A stretch of DNA of 19,902 nt from Bdellovibrionota bacterium (GTDB taxonomy: Bacteria; Bdellovibrionota_C; UBA2361; OMIW01). The stretch lies in assembly GCA_044345055.1 (NCBI GenBank), contig JBIJBT010000051.1, positions 1 through 19,902 on the forward strand, read 5' to 3'. Position 1 is the stretch's first letter, and every line of letters starts with the position of its first letter. Below the pieces are notes generated by a model, which worked only from the letters and a program-made list of their open reading frames with translations, had not been told where the DNA came from and did no database searches. A program made the translations under genes and the position numbers. This document shows, piece by piece, positions 17,338-19,902 of this stretch.

Positions 17338-18224
17338 AATCCAATTAACGGGATGATGAATAGACCCACTAACTGACTAAATTTTTGTAAGACCCAGGTA
17401 CCCGTAAAAAGATACAAACAGATAGCCCCCGCTAGATAAGGACCAAATGGTATATAGCTTTGTCTGATACCTTTTTTCTGAATTAAGAGGATAAACGAAC
17501 CACCGATACATCCGATTATAGAACCGACAAAAATAGCGTAGATCGAAGATTCTGGCCCCAATAAAATCCCGGTCATCAGCAATAGTTTTACATCCCCAAG
17601 CCCTAGACCATCGATCTTACGAATCCATAAGTAGAGCTGCGCGACAAAATATAAAAAACCAGCGCCCGCGAGCACTCCGTATAAACTACCCCAGAGATCG
17701 GCGACTATGGGGTCTGTAAATATCGAAAAAAATTGATTAATAACGACAATAATGAAGGCAACTAACGAACCATAAAGGGTTATCACATCAGGAAGAATGA
17801 ACCAATCTATATCAATAAATGTTAATATAATAAGGGCAACGAGCAGACCAAAGATGATTATAGCCGTTGGTGTAGCACCAAATCGAATAAGAGTCGCAGT
17901 TGCTGCGAGCGAGGTCAGACCCTCTACAAGAAAATAGCGAAAGGGAATACTTTGACCGCAAAAATTACACCGCCCCTTAAGTAAAAGCCAACTTACCATC
18001 GGGATATTATGCCACCACAAGAGCTGCGTATTGCAGTGAGGGCAGGCCGATCTAGGGGGATGATTGAAGGGGACAGGAGGCGGAATGTTATCACCCAACG
18101 CCTCAAGCTCCTCATCCGAATAGGTGTAATACTGACCTCGGGGGATTCGGTAGATGCAACAACCTGCAAAGCTACCAATAACAGCTCCAAAGACCGCAGC
18201 TAAAGCTATAAGGATTGGTGACAT
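17334..18224 (-). CDS. pilD: Type IV prepilin peptidase / N-methyltransferase
   Basis: IGSF...IYRIP, RSACPHC...WHNIP..SW..LKGRCNFC (two CxxC), FIDID..ILPD, GLGDVKL, IPFGPYL. Confidence 0.96.
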   Translation of the reverse strand: MSPILIALAAVFGAVIGSFAGCCIYRIPRGQYYTYSDEELEALGDNIPPPVPFNHPPRSACPHCNTQLLWWHNIPMVSWLLLKGRCNFCGQSIPFRYFLVEGLTSLAATATLIRFGATPTAIIIFGLLVALIILTFIDIDWFILPDVITLYGSLVAFIIVVINQFFSIFTDPIVADLWGSLYGVLAGAGFLYFVAQLYLWIRKIDGLGLGDVKLLLMTGILLGPESSIYAIFVGSIIGCIGGSFILLIQKKGIRQSYIPFGPYLAGAICLYLFTGTWVLQKFSQLVGLFIIPLIGL

Positions 18225-18263
18225 AGGGCGTATATATTTGGGCTTATTAGTGCACCTATTGGG

Positions 18264-18944
18264 TTATTCTGCGACCTTAGTTCGGAGACGCTCCATTAAA
18301 CGAGGAAACCCCTCTCTTCGCACAATTCCGGAAAACTCGTTTCTGTAATTCGCGACCAGTCCGACATTCTCAATAATAATATCGTATACGCGCCACTGCT
18401 GATCTCTAAAAACTACCTTATATAGAATCGGGAACTTATCTCCTTTTTGAGTTACAACCGTCCGAACAAGAGCTCGTGCTTCCCCAGCACCGGCCGCCGG
18501 ATATATTTTTTCACCCTCTATCGAAACCATTCCCCTCTCGATAGTTCCGACCCGACTTAGATAAGTGCGGGCGAGCAACTCTGAAAAAATGGAGATAAAC
18601 TCAGTACGCTGCTCATCACTAATCTCTTTCCACATAGGGCCTAGAGAACGGACCGACATCTCAGAGAAATCAAATTTCGGCCAAATAATCTTCCGCAACT
18701 CCGCTTTTCGCTGCGCTGCAAGCTCCTTACCCTTTGTTCGCTCGACCGTCTCAACGAGTTGGTCAATTGTGATCTTCAACTCTGCACGGGCCGAAGGGAG
18801 CTGAACCTCAGCTCGAACTATCGGAGTTGCAGCCAGAAGTAGACCACCAAAAGATAGAACCCGCCCGAGAACCAAAAGAGCTAATCCCGCACTAGCGCCC
18901 CTCCGCCTCCCGATACGTACCAACGAATTACCTCTGCTTACCAT
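18264..18944 (-). CDS. mlaC: Periplasmic phospholipid-binding protein, MlaC/Ttg2D family
   Basis: FDFSEMSVRSLGPMW, F..LL.RTY, WRVYDIIIENVGLVANYRNEF; directly downstream of mlaD. Confidence 0.92.
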   Translation of the reverse strand: MVSRGNSLVRIGRRRGASAGLALLVLGRVLSFGGLLLAATPIVRAEVQLPSARAELKITIDQLVETVERTKGKELAAQRKAELRKIIWPKFDFSEMSVRSLGPMWKEISDEQRTEFISIFSELLARTYLSRVGTIERGMVSIEGEKIYPAAGAGEARALVRTVVTQKGDKFPILYKVVFRDQQWRVYDIIIENVGLVANYRNEFSGIVRREGFPRLMERLRTKVAE

Positions 18945-18982
18945 AGCTCACCACCCTCGTCTTTCACGAAACTCATATCGCT

Positions 18983-19552
18983 CTACTTTTTATCTGTTCC
19001 CGCAGAATCTTCACCGTCTGACCCATCCTCATCATCCTTACCCTGAGTCATACTGTGAACGATCTTTCCGATAACATCCTCTAAATCGACGACAGATTCG
19101 GTCTCGGTCACTGTTGAACCCGGTTCAAGGGTAATATCTGATCCACCTCGAGATATTTTAACGAAGCGGTCGCCGATGATTCCCTTTGTGCGAATCGAAA
19201 AAATATCATCTTCTTTGACCGGAACTTCATTATTGATCCTCATCGCGACGAGCGCACCGGGATCGTTGAGGGTTATATCTGCAACCTGCCCAACAGGAAC
19301 ACCTGCAATCTCAACAGAGGCACCTCTTTTAAGACCCGAGACGTTATCAAATTCAGCAGTGAGGGTATACTGATCACCCTGGAAGAGAGTTACTCCACCG
19401 AGACCAACCGCGAGCCACCCGCCAGCAGCAACTCCTACAATCGCGAATAGTCCCACTAGGAATTCCGCGGTAAAGGTTTGCCTGGGAATGACCGGTTTTC
19501 GTCCCGTTTTTGTCTCACGGTTTTCACCGCTATTGGATCTGGATTGGTCCAT
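18983..19552 (-). CDS. mlaD: MCE-domain lipid asymmetry protein MlaD
   Basis: TM EFLVGLF..., AEFDNVSGLKRGASVEIAGVPVGQV, IRTKGIIGDRFVKI, DLEDVIGK. Likely start ATG 19552 (ORF track gives 19600). Confidence 0.92.
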   Translation of the reverse strand: MDQSRSNSGENRETKTGRKPVIPRQTFTAEFLVGLFAIVGVAAGGWLAVGLGGVTLFQGDQYTLTAEFDNVSGLKRGASVEIAGVPVGQVADITLNDPGALVAMRINNEVPVKEDDIFSIRTKGIIGDRFVKISRGGSDITLEPGSTVTETESVVDLEDVIGKIVHSMTQGKDDEDGSDGEDSAGTDKK

Positions 19553-19902
19553 CTGTTTTTCCCTGTAAGAACTGAACGACTCGTGGGTCATGACAAGCAA
19601 GCATTTCCTCCGGTTTTCCGTCGAATATAACCTTGCCCTTCAATAGCATCACCACCCTGTCTGACACCTGAAACACCTCAGGAAGTTCGTGACTGATGAC
19701 GATTCCCGTGAACTTCCATCGCTCTCTTGAAAGCTTAATTAAATCGTAGACCTCTTGCCCAACGAGAGGATCGAGAAACGTATTCGGCTCATCAAAAAGC
19801 ACTATTTCTGGCGAGGTAATGAGAGCTCTCGCCAGACCTACCCGTTTTCGAGTTCCCATCGATATCTCTCCCGGAAGGAGGGGGAGAAACTCCTCAAGAC
19901 CT
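19530..19902 (-). CDS. mlaF: MlaF/Ttg2A ABC ATPase, 3' part; begins beyond the window end
   Basis: Frame stays open to the window end: GLEEFLPLLPGEISMGTRKRVGLARAL...IVLFDEPNTFLDP...VISHEL...DPRVVQFLQG..DGPI; adjacent to mlaD and mlaC. Confidence 0.9.
   Translation of the reverse strand, partial: GLEEFLPLLPGEISMGTRKRVGLARALITSPEIVLFDEPNTFLDPLVGQEVYDLIKLSRERWKFTGIVISHELPEVFQVSDRVVMLLKGKVIFDGKPEEMLACHDPRVVQFLQGKTDGPIQIQ

Noticed and set aside
18050..18145. Acidic/Pro-rich insertion in the PilD N-terminal domain
   Set aside because: A variable-length insertion between YRxP and the first CxxC is normal for PilD proteins.
1..19902. CRISPR arrays, tRNA/rRNA, IS elements, integrases, prophage, retron
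   Set aside because: No regularly spaced repeats, RNA gene signatures, transposase, integrase, phage or reverse transcriptase ORFs were seen by eye.

Overview
Gene-dense chromosomal segment of a Gram-negative bacterium. The gene set and protein styles suggest a deltaproteobacterial/Bdellovibrionota-like organism (inference only). Left to right: 5' part of an ABC ATPase (-); a ~550 bp intergenic region holding a nested fold-back element; an FN3-like lipoprotein; a stand-alone Hpt protein; a membrane-anchored HEAT-like protein followed by an O-antigen-ligase-family (Wzy_C) protein; a secreted coiled-coil protein; a tandem pair of FabH/KAS III homologues; SURF1; a UPF0104/LPG-synthase-TM flippase-like protein; an orphan with EreA/ChaN/TIKI-like motifs; a DUF4124 protein; PEP carboxylase; an IPNS-like 2OG-Fe(II) oxygenase; and a minus-strand mlaF-mlaD-mlaC-pilD-sigma54 activator run. 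No rRNA, tRNA, CRISPR array or mobile element was seen. Best leads: (1) the KAS III pair, where the upstream copy has lost its whole catalytic triad (PqsB/PqsC-like layout without other pqs genes) and is preceded by a three-way-junction RNA candidate; (2) an unrecognised ~130-150 nt structured RNA candidate at 415-565 with its own promoter-like signal; (3) the TIKI/ChaN/RRSP-like orphan. All calls come from reading motifs by eye, with no database searches.
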